Positions 39,502 through 52,864 of a stretch of DNA of 64,000 nt are shown here, in pieces (position 1 is the first letter of the stretch; each line of letters opens with the position of its first letter). The position numbers and the translations under genes were made by a program. This DNA comes from the human T2T-CHM13v2.0 reference genome, Homo sapiens: the NCBI RefSeq assembly GCF_009914755.1, contig NC_060929.1. One strand, given 5' to 3'. The notes under the pieces were generated by a model. It was not told the DNA's origin and did not search any database. It saw only the letters and a list, made by a program, of their open reading frames with translations.

Positions 39502-40712
39502 GCAAGATATGAGCTTTAGAAATAGGCTTTTATCATTCAGCTTGCTTTGTGTTGTTTTGAGGGGTTGGGGTACAGTGGGACAGTTTTATTTTGTTTGGCA
39601 TTTATAGAAAATTGAGAAGTTTCCTTTGATCAAGCCATATTTTTGATTTAAAACAATGATTAGCAGTTTAGAAAACTATCTCTGCTATTTTATTCTGCTT
39701 TTAAATTCTTTGTTTTTTATATTTCTGTCCCTTAGACTTTAACATTTTAAAGTGTGTAAAAATAAAACACTGTCAGTGCTAATCATAGAAAATCAGACTA
39801 TGGCTTGAAATGACTAGAAAAACATTTCAAATTAGGCTGCTTTATGATTTGCATATTATGATTCCGGCCATTGGAGTTTTTGGATTTCTAAGTGTTCATA
39901 ATACCATGAAAAGTAAATATTTTAAACAATTGTATCCCCGTTTAAAAACTTTCTAATGTTAAAACTGTATTTTTTTCATGTATTAGCCCATGTGTGATAA
40001 TCTTAGTTTTCCAATTATGGAGGGCATGAGGAGTAGCTTTATTTTTAATACATAGTACTTGAAAACTTATTTCATTCTATATTGGTGTTGAATAAATTGA
40101 AAATGTTAAATGTTTTTCCAAAAAAAAAAAAAAAGCCCTATGCATACATTTGAGAGAAGCTCAGCAAGGTTATTTATCTCTTTATGAGCTTTCATTCACT
40201 TCTTCCCTGACGTTTACACTGAACATATGCTTGTACATATAGGTGTATGTGGGCTTGGATATATATGTTTTGGGAGGTCAAGCAGTTGGTGAGGGACATG
40301 AGAGAATAAGAAAAGCTTGAATTTGGCTTCATTATTTGGGAAAAAAATTATTGCCAAAATCTTTACCATGATTGATGAATATTCTTTGAATGAAGCTATA
40401 TTAAAAAGAATTTAGAAAAGTTATTACCTTGTTAAAATATTTAAAAGTTATTAGTAGCAATGTTGGCATATATTATACTTTTCAAAAGCAGTTTCCACTA
40501 ACCTGTGGCCCTGCATGACTATATAGCAAAAAATCATGATGGCCTAGCTTCTACTTCCTCTCCTTAATTGAAATTGTTTCTTCAGTTACCTAGCTAGGAC
40601 TCTCATACTTTCTAGTCTGGGTCCTGCCTCTTTCTTCCATCAAGAAAAAACAGGCAGGAATTTCTTTATGTATAATACTTACCATGAGGCAAATTCAGTT
40701 TATAACTTTCAG

Positions 40713-40905
40713 CAGAGTTCAACTAGCTTTTTCTGTAAAAAGCCAAATATATATTTTAGGTTTTGGAGTCCATTTGGTATCTCACAACTATTTAGTTCTG
40801 CCCTTGTAGCACAAAGGCAGCCATAGACCATTTGTAAACAGATGAGTACAGCTGTGTTCTAAGAAAACATTATTTATTTGTTGGATTGCAATTTGCCAAC
40901 CCCAG
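40713..40905 (+). mobile_element. MER58A
   Basis: tttttctgtaaaaagcca...ctgcccttgtagcacaaaggcagccatagac...tttgccaacccc. Confidence 0.75.
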
Positions 40906-41866
40906 CTTTACAAGTAGAAGCATTTTATTATTGGTCTATTTGGAATAGAATATTTGCCTTCCCTGTTAAAGGAATTTCAGGTTTTAAGAACAACTGAAGT
41001 TAATATTTTGGGAGATAGAGTTCACTGTGGGTCTCTTAACGTATTTGACCTAACCACAAATTGTACTTATGGAATAGTATAAGTGGCATCAGAGGGATAA
41101 TTTGTAATCTTCCCTGCCATGGCCCTTAGCTTCCTTTAGCCAATCTAGGGGCTAATTCAGTTTTTGCTGTTGTAAAATACTGAAAATGTAGAATCCTAAC
41201 ATGACTTCTCCAGAAACCTGATACCATCCTGCCTATTACTCATCCACCTACCACACTTTGCTTACTACTTTGATGGCTGTTTTATCTCTGTGGTCCCTCC
41301 CATTTGCCTTAAATTAAACTCATTTACTTCTCCTTTTTCTTCTTATGCACATCAGATTTCATATGCAAATTTACCTTATTTGCCAAGTTTACCTTTGCTT
41401 ATTAAAATATTAAGTATTTTGTTTTTGTAACATTCCTTTTCTGTTTTTTAAAAAGTTGTTTATTGTGCTTTTTGTATAGATTTTTTTAAAAGACTAATTT
41501 CACATGAAATTTGCCTTGGACTATATTTATACTTGAGATATCTGAATTCAATTAAGGAAAAACTTTCAAAGTCTAAGGGAAGTAGGATCCATAGCTCTGT
41601 TGAGTTTAATTTTAAATTAAAAATTGGCAAATTAATTTTGACCATATTTTTAATATGTTCTGAGAAAAATTCATTTGTTAAGACTTTGATCTTGTTGATG
41701 TAAAATGTTAAAAAGGGATAAATTATTGCTAAGGAATGTGCAGATATCCATAAAAAAGAAAATGAAAAATACATTCTTACTAGCCATCAGGTCTCAATTT
41801 CATCCATTTTTCCTGAGCACAGATATGTGTAAGGAACCATATTGAAAGTCCAGGTTGATCTTTGTA

Positions 41867-41920
41867 TAAGGTTGGTGCAAAAGCAATGGCAAAACTGCAG
41901 TTACTTTTGCACCAATCTTA
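41867..41920. mobile_element. Internally deleted MADE1
   Basis: aggttggtgcaaaag...ttacttttgcaccaa inverted termini. Confidence 0.8.
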
Positions 41921-42351
41921 TTAACCACTCTAGTTGTTGGTTGTAGGCAAAAATACCATTACATAAATTATTTTGGGGGGGCCATTATAAGTCCATCATA
42001 AGCTGTATCCTACCACTTATTTAACCCCACGTAAAAAATAAAGTGACCTAAAATTATCTGCATCTATATGTTTAACCTCAGCCAATAATAAGGAATACTT
42101 AAAACGTATTGTTCACTTAGTGGTAGGGCTGGATATAGTCATATCCAGGTTATATGGTGCTCATCTGTCCTTGAGTACCCAGAAAGTATTCTAAATACAA
42201 TCATGGAAGTAACTGAAGGAGTACTTAAAGAAAACATGAATGGTACGATTTGTCCATTTGCTAACCAGAAAAAAAGGAATATATTCACTGAATGATGAAA
42301 ACTAAAGGCCTGCTGGTTTCAAAGCCAAGCTAATTTGAAAAGGAGCAGGAG

Positions 42352-42739
<388 letters not shown>

Positions 42740-43140
42740 TCAGAACAGAAAATCAACCAAGACAAGGAACTACTAGCAGCATTGGCTTTCAATATAAAGT
42801 AACGTTCAGAAATCTCAGTTTTTTTAAGGCATTATTATGTTGCCCTGAAAACTTACCGAGGCAGGACAGCAACCTGATAAATTTTAGGTTGTAGGTAAGC
42901 AGTCCTGTGTGTTTGGATTACTGCTAATCATAATCATTGATGTGCCAAGAGTCTAATTGCATTAAGTAATGTTCAATATACATTGTTGACCAAGGGAATA
43001 AAACAGTGTATTTTAGAAAAGTTGACTTGAATCCAGTTAAAATTAATGTGTATTTAAAATTTTTTATCTTTTAAATTTGGCCAGTGAAAGCTGACAAATC
43101 TAGAATATTTCATTTTCCTGACTACTCAAACGTGTCAAAG

Positions 43141-43225
43141 CATTGTATATTGAAGATGAAATACGTGCATATTGAAATACATTGTATATTGAAGATGAAA
43201 TACATTGTATATTGAAGATGAAATA
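43141..43225. repeat. 23-bp tandem repeat cattgtatattgaagatgaaata, three perfect copies plus one shortened
   Basis: Copies at 43141, 43180, 43203. Confidence 0.92.
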
Positions 43226-44264
43226 CCCTTAAACATGTTTTCTAAAAGTGTTCCATAAGTTTAGGTACTGTATTATGAGAGGAATTTGAAAGCCATCATT
43301 TGTTTTCCTTGTTCTGTTATAAATTTGGATTTAAATTTTCTTTGCAATGATGGCCTCATGAACTAGATTATATTTCTTTCTATATATCTATTATATACTT
43401 AATGTATTCTTGTAGTAACATAATATTTAAAGATAAGCTTCATAACTGAAGGAAATTATAGATTTTTATTAGACTCTAGTCTGGCAGGTCAAAATTCTTA
43501 ACAAAAATGTTAATGTACATAAATTAACTTAATCAAATTTTTTTTGGTGAATTCCACATTATATATTAATGAAGAGTTTGATTTTTCTAATTAACTAAAA
43601 CTGCAGTGCAGGTATATGTTCATGGAACTCTGAATTGTTTTGTTATGGTCAATTTTAAAGAAGAGAACCAGCTAAGCAATAGCAATTTTCAAAAAATTAC
43701 TTTTTCTGCTAACAGTTAGAAATCCATACTTTTGCTTTTTATTCTGTATTATAAATAAAGCAGTGTTTTTAAGAATTGTTATTGTGTTTTGTGATACTTG
43801 CATTTATAAGAACTGTGAATTACCTCTTTATCTTAATAAATTCATAGTAATGACTTTTTTATGTCTCCAAGTTGAGGAATGGAAATATAAAATGAACATT
43901 TTATTTGTGGTAAGCATGTCATATATTTTTTACTATGAGATTGCTAATGATATTCTAGACATAAAGTTTATTTCTGACTTATTACGCTAAAACAGATCAG
44001 AAAATCCACTTTTTGCTTTTTCTTATAAAACTTGTGTAAAAACAAAAGTTCTGTATTCAGTAGTCAGTGATTATCACATGTCATTGCTAACATTCCTTTA
44101 GCAAAGTAAGCAAAACAGCAAAATATCTTGACCAGAAAAGACTTGAGCATATTAAAATATAAAACAAAATAGGTGATTTAAAATATAATTGAATATGCCA
44201 AACATTTAACTGGTGGTTTATTATAAGGAACTTTTAAAAGACTGCTGAACTTCAAAGTAACTAA

Positions 44265-44570
<306 letters not shown>

Positions 44571-44869
44571 AGGAGTACATTTTTGTTAGACTTTTCATTG
44601 AAGACCATATAATATAAATTTTAATTTAAAGTTTAAAAAGTGTTCTATTCATTCATTTTACAAATGAGTCAGGAAGGCAAATTTTTATACAAGAGTAGAG
44701 AAAGCGTAGAAGATAAAAGAAACTCCAAGAAATGTGCATGTATAGATTTTTACATGTAATTATTCTTTTATTTCACTGCTAAAGCCTGATGACAGTAGAA
44801 GAAACTAACCCTATAAGAAATGCAACATTCATTTATCTGACCTAGACTCCCTCATTCAATGTTTTCTTC

Positions 44870-45175
44870 TCTTTTTTTTTTTTGAGACAGGGTCTTGCTC
44901 TGTCGCCCAGGCTGGAATGCAGTGGTGTGATCACAGCTCATTTTACAGCCTTGGCCTCTTGGGCTCAAGTGATCCTTCCACCTCAGTGCCCCAAGTAGCT
45001 GGGACTATAGGTGCAGGCCATCATTGATTAGCCTAGTTAATTTTTTAAGTTTTATTTTTATAGAGACAAGGTCTCACTATACCCAGGCTGGTCTTGGACT
45101 CCTGGACTCAAGTGATCTTCCCACCTCAGCCTCCCAAATTGCTGGGATTACAGGTGTGAGCCACCATGTCCTGCT
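44870..45175 (-). mobile_element. AluJ
   Basis: Antisense dimer with J motifs (gggctcaagtgatcc). Confidence 0.88.
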
Positions 45176-45304
45176 TAATTCAGTATTTCTGTGTACCTTA
45201 CTGAGACCAATCATGTGATCTCTCTCTTCAACCCAGTTTTCTAATATTTCTAAGTCCTAAGTCCTGCAGCAAAATGGCTTGAATATATTTTTTCCATTAT
45301 AGTT

Positions 45305-45670
45305 TTTTTATTATGACTAAAAACACATGATATAAAATTTAGCAAGTGAACCATTTTTAAGTATATAGTTTAGTAGTAAGTCTATCATGTGGTGAAACAA
45401 ATCTCTGTAACTTTTTCATCTTGCAAATCTGAAACTATACCCATTAAACAATTCCCCCACTTCATACAATCCCTGGTAATCACTATTCTACTCTGTTTCC
45501 AGGGATTTGATTACTTTATATACCTCATATAAGTGGAATTATATAGTGTTTTGTCTTTTTGTGACTGGCTTATTTCACCTAGTGTAATGTTCTTCCATGT
45601 TGTAGCTTGCGACAGAATTTCCTTCCTTTTTAATGCTGAATGTTCCGTTGTGTGTGTATACTCCATTCAC
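45305..45670 (-). mobile_element. L1MB-type 3' end
   Basis: tttttcatcttgcaaatctgaaactatacccattaaacaa...gtgactggcttatttcac. Confidence 0.75.
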
Positions 45671-45885
45671 ATTTTCAATAAGTTTGTTGAGTTTGGGTTG
45701 AAATCTTATATACAGAACCGTGTTGTGGCATTCAGGGTGATTGAAAAGTAAGTACTACTCTAGGGCAGTGACTTCAGGCTTTTGAAGACATTACCTTATC
45801 CATAAAACATGCTTGACCAAATTCTCAATATATGTATATTGATGTCTACTACTATCGATCCAGATGTTAAACATTGACAAAATTT

Positions 45886-46048
45886 AGTTTCTTCTCCTTA
45901 CTTTCCTTCTTCCCCTTCTTTCCTCTGCTTTCACCTCCACCTGCCCCCATCTCTCCTTTCTTCTTGTCCCTTCTCCTTTCCCTCTACTTCTTCCCCTGTC
46001 ACTTTCTGCTCCTCTACCTCCTTCCCTTCTCCTTCTGCCCTTTCCCCC
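45886..46048. repeat. Polypyrimidine (CT-rich) low-complexity tract
   Basis: ~160 nt almost entirely C/T. Confidence 0.85.
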
Positions 46049-46279
46049 TATTTATCAAAAAATAAATCTAAGTAGAAGTTGTAGTATTTTCCTTCCATAT
46101 TCTGGTGAATCATTTTGTACAACTACCGTGGAGACTCCCTTGCTCTGTGGTTTGGAGACAAATCACCACTTTCTATTAAGATATTTATTATTTCATTTTT
46201 ATAGATATTTATGGAGCCATGTTCAAGATACGGTGTATGGTAATGATCCTAGGAAGACTTTGAGGGTCAGTCTTTCTAA

Positions 46280-46648
<369 letters not shown>

Positions 46649-47079
46649 TGATGATTAAGAAGTACCTTCAATTAATTGCTTCTTTAATCCTTTTATTTTT
46701 GGAATATTTGAAGTTTACTTGGAAAATCATGTTTTACATTTAATTTTGAGGATTTGTTTTATACTTAGTGTTCACGTACATTTGTAGTTCTCAAACTTTT
46801 TACCTGAAGATAAAGGTTAACATATACCTCTTAGGAGACTGAGGACTTAGACTGAATTGGCTTGCTGAAAGCAAGAAATAAATTTGAAATCTGTTTGTCT
46901 TAAACTTGCATGACTTTTATCTTTTCCATATTTGGGGGGCTCAGTTAGAAGGTCCAGACTAATGTGCCTCCTGAAGCTTCGTGTATACTCTGGCACACTC
47001 ATGAATAGCTCTGTGGATATGGGTGCCTTAGATTGAGAAATAGAGAGTGAGACCTGCTGGTTACTTTAAGTTCAGTTAT

Positions 47080-47296
47080 TTTGTTGTTTGTTTTGTTGTT
47101 GAGACAGGTTCTTGTTCTGTTGCCCAGGCTGGAGTGCAATGGTGTGATCTCAGCTCACTGCAACCTCCACCTCCTGGGCTCAAGTGATCCTCCCAAGTGG
47201 CTGGGACTACAGGCATGTGCCACCATGCCCAGCTAATTTTTCTATTTTTTTGTAGAGACTGGGTTTCACCATGTTGCCCAGGCTGGTCTTGAACTC
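47080..47296 (-). mobile_element. 5'-truncated AluJ
   Basis: TSD taagttcagtt (47067, 47297); left arm cut at cttgaactc. Confidence 0.85.
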
Positions 47297-47707
47297 TAAG
47301 TTCAGTTTTTAAAGAAATGACATTTAAATCTACATTCAGAATATTAATTTCATTGTGCTGATTTTAAATGATAAACTGAAAAGTAAATATTAACTTAATA
47401 ACCTTCCCCTTATATTTTAGTTTTAATCACAGCAATATATGTGTGTGGTAACAAGTCTAGCAGTACAGAAGAATTTATAGGAAGGAATGTTGTCTTATTC
47501 CTCTGCTCCTCCCCTTCCCTATGTGTAGCCTGTTAGCCATTTCTCCATTTCTGTTTTGGGTTCTTTGGGGAGTTACTTTTATAATTCTTAGAAAACCACA
47601 GTGCAGATATTCTGAGGGTGAGGAAAGGATTGTTAAGGGAAGGAAGGTGTATTTGTCTGTACAGTCTACTATCTTGACATGGAAGCTTTGTTTTAAAAAG
47701 TACGGGA

Positions 47708-47900
47708 AGGGGAACATCACACACTGGGGCCTGTCGTGGGGTGGGGGGATGGGGGAGGGATAGCATTAGGAGATATATCTAATGTAAATGACGAGTTAAT
47801 GGGTGCAGCACACCAACATGGCACATGTATACTTATGTAACAAACCTGCACGTTGTGCACATGTACGATAGAACTTAAAGTATAATTTAAAAAAAAAAAA
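47708..47900 (+). mobile_element. Short 5'-truncated young L1PA 3' end
   Basis: ggggaacatcacacactgggg...gggatagcattaggagatata...cttaaagtataat plus poly(A); flanks aaaaagtac/aaaaagtgc. Confidence 0.92.
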
Positions 47901-48426
47901 GTGCTTCCTGGGAAAGCAACTGAAACTTATTTTTAAAATTTATGTCAGGACATTATTCTGTTTTTCCTGTGAATGCCTTAGTTTTTCTTCAGCCACTTTG
48001 TAGCCTCCCTATACCTCTTAAAATTCATAAATTCTATATTCAAGTTGCTCTTAATTTCTCCCTAATACTATTTTCTTTCTTCTGTTACTAATAAAGTAGC
48101 GGTTTTCCCATAATAGTAGAACCATAGGGTTAGTTTGCACCCAAGGAATGGCAAACGTTCTTGATATTTGATTATTAGCATTTTCAAAAACAACCAGTTG
48201 AACACCCAGCAGCTATAGTTTTTATTGGTGCCCCTAAGCTTCACGACCAATCTGACCCAGCAGGATTCAAGCATAAAATTGCCTTAAGTCTTCCTACAAT
48301 TGGAGGACAAAGAAGAGGGAGTAACTACCCTATTGACAAGTCACAGGTCATTTCTTGTTTACTGGGTGGCATCGCTAAGGTCTTTTTAGTTAAAGCATCT
48401 AAAGTAATACACATTCATTACTGTGA

Positions 48427-48903
<477 letters not shown>

Positions 48904-49099
48904 TAAAAACTCTCTTATATTTTACTTTTAAAACTATTTTTATCTACCAGTGGGTCAGTAAAAGAAAAAAAGAAAACTATTTTTATGACATACTAATCTT
49001 GGCAAAAATCTATTAATTTAACATTGTACGTGTTTTTTTTTCAGAGATTGTCTATACTTCTTGGTTCACATGCTTTTTAATAACATAAAAACAAAAACA

Positions 49100-49222
49100 G
49101 CCAGGTGCAGTGGCACAAGCCTGTAGTCCCAGCTACTCAGGCGTCTGAGGTGTGGATATCCCTTGAGTCAAGGGATTAAATCCAGCCTAGGCAACATAAG
49201 GAGACCTCCATCTCTTAAAAAA
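49100..49222 (+). mobile_element. FLAM / Alu monomer
   Basis: gccaggtgcagtggc...cctgtagtcccagctactc...tctcttaaaaaa. Confidence 0.8.
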
Positions 49223-50225
49223 GACAAAACAGTAATGTTAAAGCCAAATGATAAATTGATATATTTATCTTAAAACTTAGCATTAAGTTTTTGAAAGGTA
49301 AAAAAATATCTCTATAGTTCTCACTTTTCACTTGATGAGAAGTTGGTAAACTACCGTTTAAGTTTTAGAATGTGTGTTAATGTATGCAGCAGTAATACTG
49401 GAAACTTGATTGTTGGTTATCAAATGTTAGTAAGAACAAAGAAAAAAATTTGCACATTTAATCTCACAGTTCCTTTTAAAATCATTTGAAAGATTAAGTA
49501 ATAATCATGCCACTTTTTAGTAATCTCTTAGAATACTAATATTTTATTCATCTTTCCCTTTTTCTGAAATAACCAAATTACTTTGTTAAACTCAGCTTGA
49601 CTATAGCTTGTTATAATGCATGTGCATGATGTGTCTGCAAGCTGAGACGCTTCAAACAATAAAACCAAATTGTATTACAGCACAAGTATTTGCATTCCTT
49701 TGGAAGGTGAGTAAAATCTCATCGGAGCCATTAAAGGAGAATATTGGTGTGCCTTAATGTGGAATTCTTTGCCTGTGTATTAGATCATGCCTTTGTCTGC
49801 AAAATCCTTGATTGTCTACTGATGATTTGCATTTTGTAACTCAAGGTTGATTAAAGATTTGTATAATTTTTTTAATGCTAATCTCTTTAGTATTCTGAGG
49901 TAATATACTAAAAAAATACTATCTAATTATAGAGTGTTCACAAAATAAAACAACAAAATTGCATTATTTTCTTCTTTGTAATTCCATTGACTGGAAAATT
50001 CTGTCTCTGAGCCGTTTCCGAAAGTTTGAATCAGTTTAAGTAGTTATGGTGCCTGAATTTTGTTTATATTTTCTAATGAAAAATATAGTTTTAGATATAA
50101 GGCCACATCATTACCGAAGAATCTCAGAAGGGAGTTGTTGCTTTTAATTAACACTGACATCCCATGATAATCTTTAAAAAAAAGCAAAGTAGAAGGATGT
50201 TGGAAATTTCCTATCGTGTTCCTAG

Positions 50226-50285
50226 TTAAATTGTGGACTGATTTATGGGCGGATATTACATCCTTTTATTTTTCACATACAATAG
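50226..50285 (+). CDS. DMXL1: Candidate DMXL1 60-nt cassette exon (VKLWTDLWADITSFYFSHTI)
   Basis: tttcctatcgtgttcctag|TT...ATAG|gtaagt; stop-free in phase 1-1. Confidence 0.4.
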   Translation, partial: LNCGLIYGRILHPFIFHIQ

Positions 50286-50519
50286 GTAAGTCAGCATTTA
50301 GAGAGTGAGGGACAAATTGAGGAAAAAGCAGAGGTTGCTAGACAGAAATGATTTTTGTCTTCCTCTACTTATTTTCTTACCTGCTGTGTACTTTCATAAT
50401 CTCAATCTTATTTTTTTGTGTGTGCTTATTTGTAGTTAACCTTAGCTCTTATGTAAACACAGGTGAAATAAATGCAATGAAAATAGTACTTCAGTAACAT
50501 TTTATTTTCTTTTTGTTAG

Positions 50520-50698
50520 TTTCTTCACTAGTTGAAGAAGGAGAAAAACAGAACAAACGTTTTAGGCCGTCAAAAATGTCTTGCAGAGAATCTGCCCCAC
50601 TGACCCCTTCCTCGGCACCAGTAAGCCAGGAGTCACTGGCGGTTAAAGAAAAGTTCATCCCACCTGAGCTCAGTATCTGGGACTATTTCATAGCTAAG
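50520..50698 (+). CDS. DMXL1: DMXL1 coding exon (~29): VSSLVEEGEKQNKRFR...KEKFIPPELSIWDYFIAK
   Basis: tgttag|TT...AAG|gtaatt, 179 nt, phase 1-0. Confidence 0.95.
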
Positions 50699-51063
50699 GT
50701 AATTAAAATGCTATCTAGATCAATATTTTCATAGTCAAATAGAAATGAGAATATCAGAAATAAGTGTCATTTTTGGTGCTTCCAAATGTTTTCCCACTTT
50801 GGTTTAGAAAATTTTCATTAGTATCAGGCTACATTCCAAAAATATATACCCTAGAATATTTTGACCATATTTCATATAGTTTTTAAGGCAGTTTTTTGGT
50901 AAATTATGACATTTGCATTTTAAACAATAGCTTTTGCATTTTATTATATTTCTTATAAGATAAAAGAGAATTTGCGTAACATCTTCATGTTAATGTACTT
51001 GATGGTGATTAAGGAATCAAAGTGCTCTGGTCATCTATTATCCATATACTCTTTTTTATACTA

Positions 51064-52042
51064 CAGCAGTCTCTCATTATTCTGAAATCCATAAATTTCA
51101 ATTACCAGTGTTAAGTAACATTATTCCCTCAACAACATGGTTCACATTTGTTACCACAGTGTATTAAATATGAGTAAACTTCCCTGCTAGCGCTTCATTC
51201 TAGAAATCACTTCGTAAATGTGCACTTTTTGATCAGTGACCAATCATGTCAGTTCTTTTAAAGTCTTTCAGTGATTGATTATGTAGCACCTGTTACTCAG
51301 TTCATACACAGCAAAGCATGCAGTTGTTTTGCTTCATCTCCTGTGATAAATCCATATGATAGTGTACAAAATTGGATTTGATCAAAAGAGGGAAATGGCC
51401 AACTAAGATGAAAGTGCATCCATAAAAAAAGTGATAGTACTGAGAGTGAAATTCAAGTTGAACATAAATGAAGTTAGAGAGAAAATAGCCAACTGTGGGT
51501 ATGTTGACAGTGCTGCCATTTGAAAGACTCTAGATGAACAGCCAGAGGAATTTAGTGAAAGTGAACTTATAAATGTAGAAAGTAGTTGTGATAAAATGAT
51601 GAAGATGTTCAGAGATAGTGACTTTGCCAAAAAACTTTACGTTAAAGGGATTCACAACATTGAAAATGCAAAGAACAGTATGTTGGAAGCTGATAAAATC
51701 TTAGAAATGTGACAGTTTGTTTAAGGCACAGAAGAAATGCTTGCTTCATATCCTGAGTTACAGAGATAGAAGGCAATTGCTATTCAAACTACTCTTGATA
51801 AAATGTTTTATTTCTTTGTATTCCTAATGTTTTAATTACAGTATGTTAAAATTAGTTTATTTAAAAAAACTTTTTCTATACATTTATAGCTAATGGTAAG
51901 AGTTTTTAGGGTTTTGACAAATATCTTTAAAGGTCACAAAACATTTGTAACTTTTCCCATTGATTATTATTGCTCTGTATAGTTTATGCGTGCGTGGTCA
52001 TTTTTGTAGGCATGCAATACTGTGCAAAACAAGGACTGCCTA
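51064..52042 (+). mobile_element. Tigger6-like DNA transposon remnant
   Basis: Termini ta|cagcagtctctc and aggactgcc|tata; internal caacaacatggttca, gatcagtgaccaatca. Confidence 0.65.
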
Positions 52043-52864
52043 TATAAGTATCTTTCACTTTTTGTGTCATCAGCCACATCCCTCACATTCTCAATTTCCA
52101 GACGTTCTCCTGCACAAATTGACATCTAACTGTAACTGTTCTCTGGTGACACAAGTCTCCCAGGCCTGCTGAGCTATGGCTTTTATTTTTCTCATATCCT
52201 AAATGTTTAAGGGTAGTGAAGGGAGTTTGGGTCTCCTTGTTCCTCACTGCCCTTTTTTGAGTCATTTATTCATTCATATATTCAACAAATGTTTATTAAG
52301 CACTTCATTTATCTAGGAATATCTTTATTTCACCTCCATATTTTGAAGGAGAGTTTTGCTGGATATAGGATTGTTGGTTAGCAAGGCCTTCTTTAGCTAT
52401 CTTGTTTCTGAATCTTTTTGTTAAATATTTAGTGTCTGCCCTTCCACCCAATCAATATCACAACCTCAAAGTAGTTGAGATGTTACCTTCCCTAATTGTT
52501 TGTTACTGAGATCTCTGTTGCTTTTGATAATGCCTGTGGGCCTAGAATTTTAAAGACAATCCTGTCTGGCAGGGCATCAGAACTCAGTCTTCACAGCCTT
52601 CCCTGCTGACCCTGGTGGAACACCTACACCACAGAGATTGGGGTGGGATGGGAACAGCTCCTGACCAAGTTCTTACTGTTTTACCCAGATCAGATCCCAT
52701 AGATTTTTAAAAATAAATACTTCTCTATGTGTTATATGCATGGGTCAACCATTGTTTGTTTTCTACAATTTTGTTCAATTTTATTGTTGCTTTTTGGAGA
52801 AAGGACTTACCAAGCTCTTTACTCAGCTGTTCCAGAAGTTCCACTCTCCCTGCTGTGTTTCTTT

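Noticed and set aside
43141-43225. CRISPR-like direct repeats
   Set aside because: Units are adjacent without unique spacers, and the context is a eukaryotic intron with no cas genes
47421-47447. 27-nt phase 1-1 microexon candidate after ccccttatattttag
   Set aside because: Donor GTG|GTAACA is weak and there is no other support
50436-50462. 27-nt phase 1-1 microexon candidate (VNLSSYVNT) with upstream UGC motif and CAG|GTGAAA donor
   Set aside because: The downstream intron would be only 57 nt, below the usual human minimum, and read-through hits TAA
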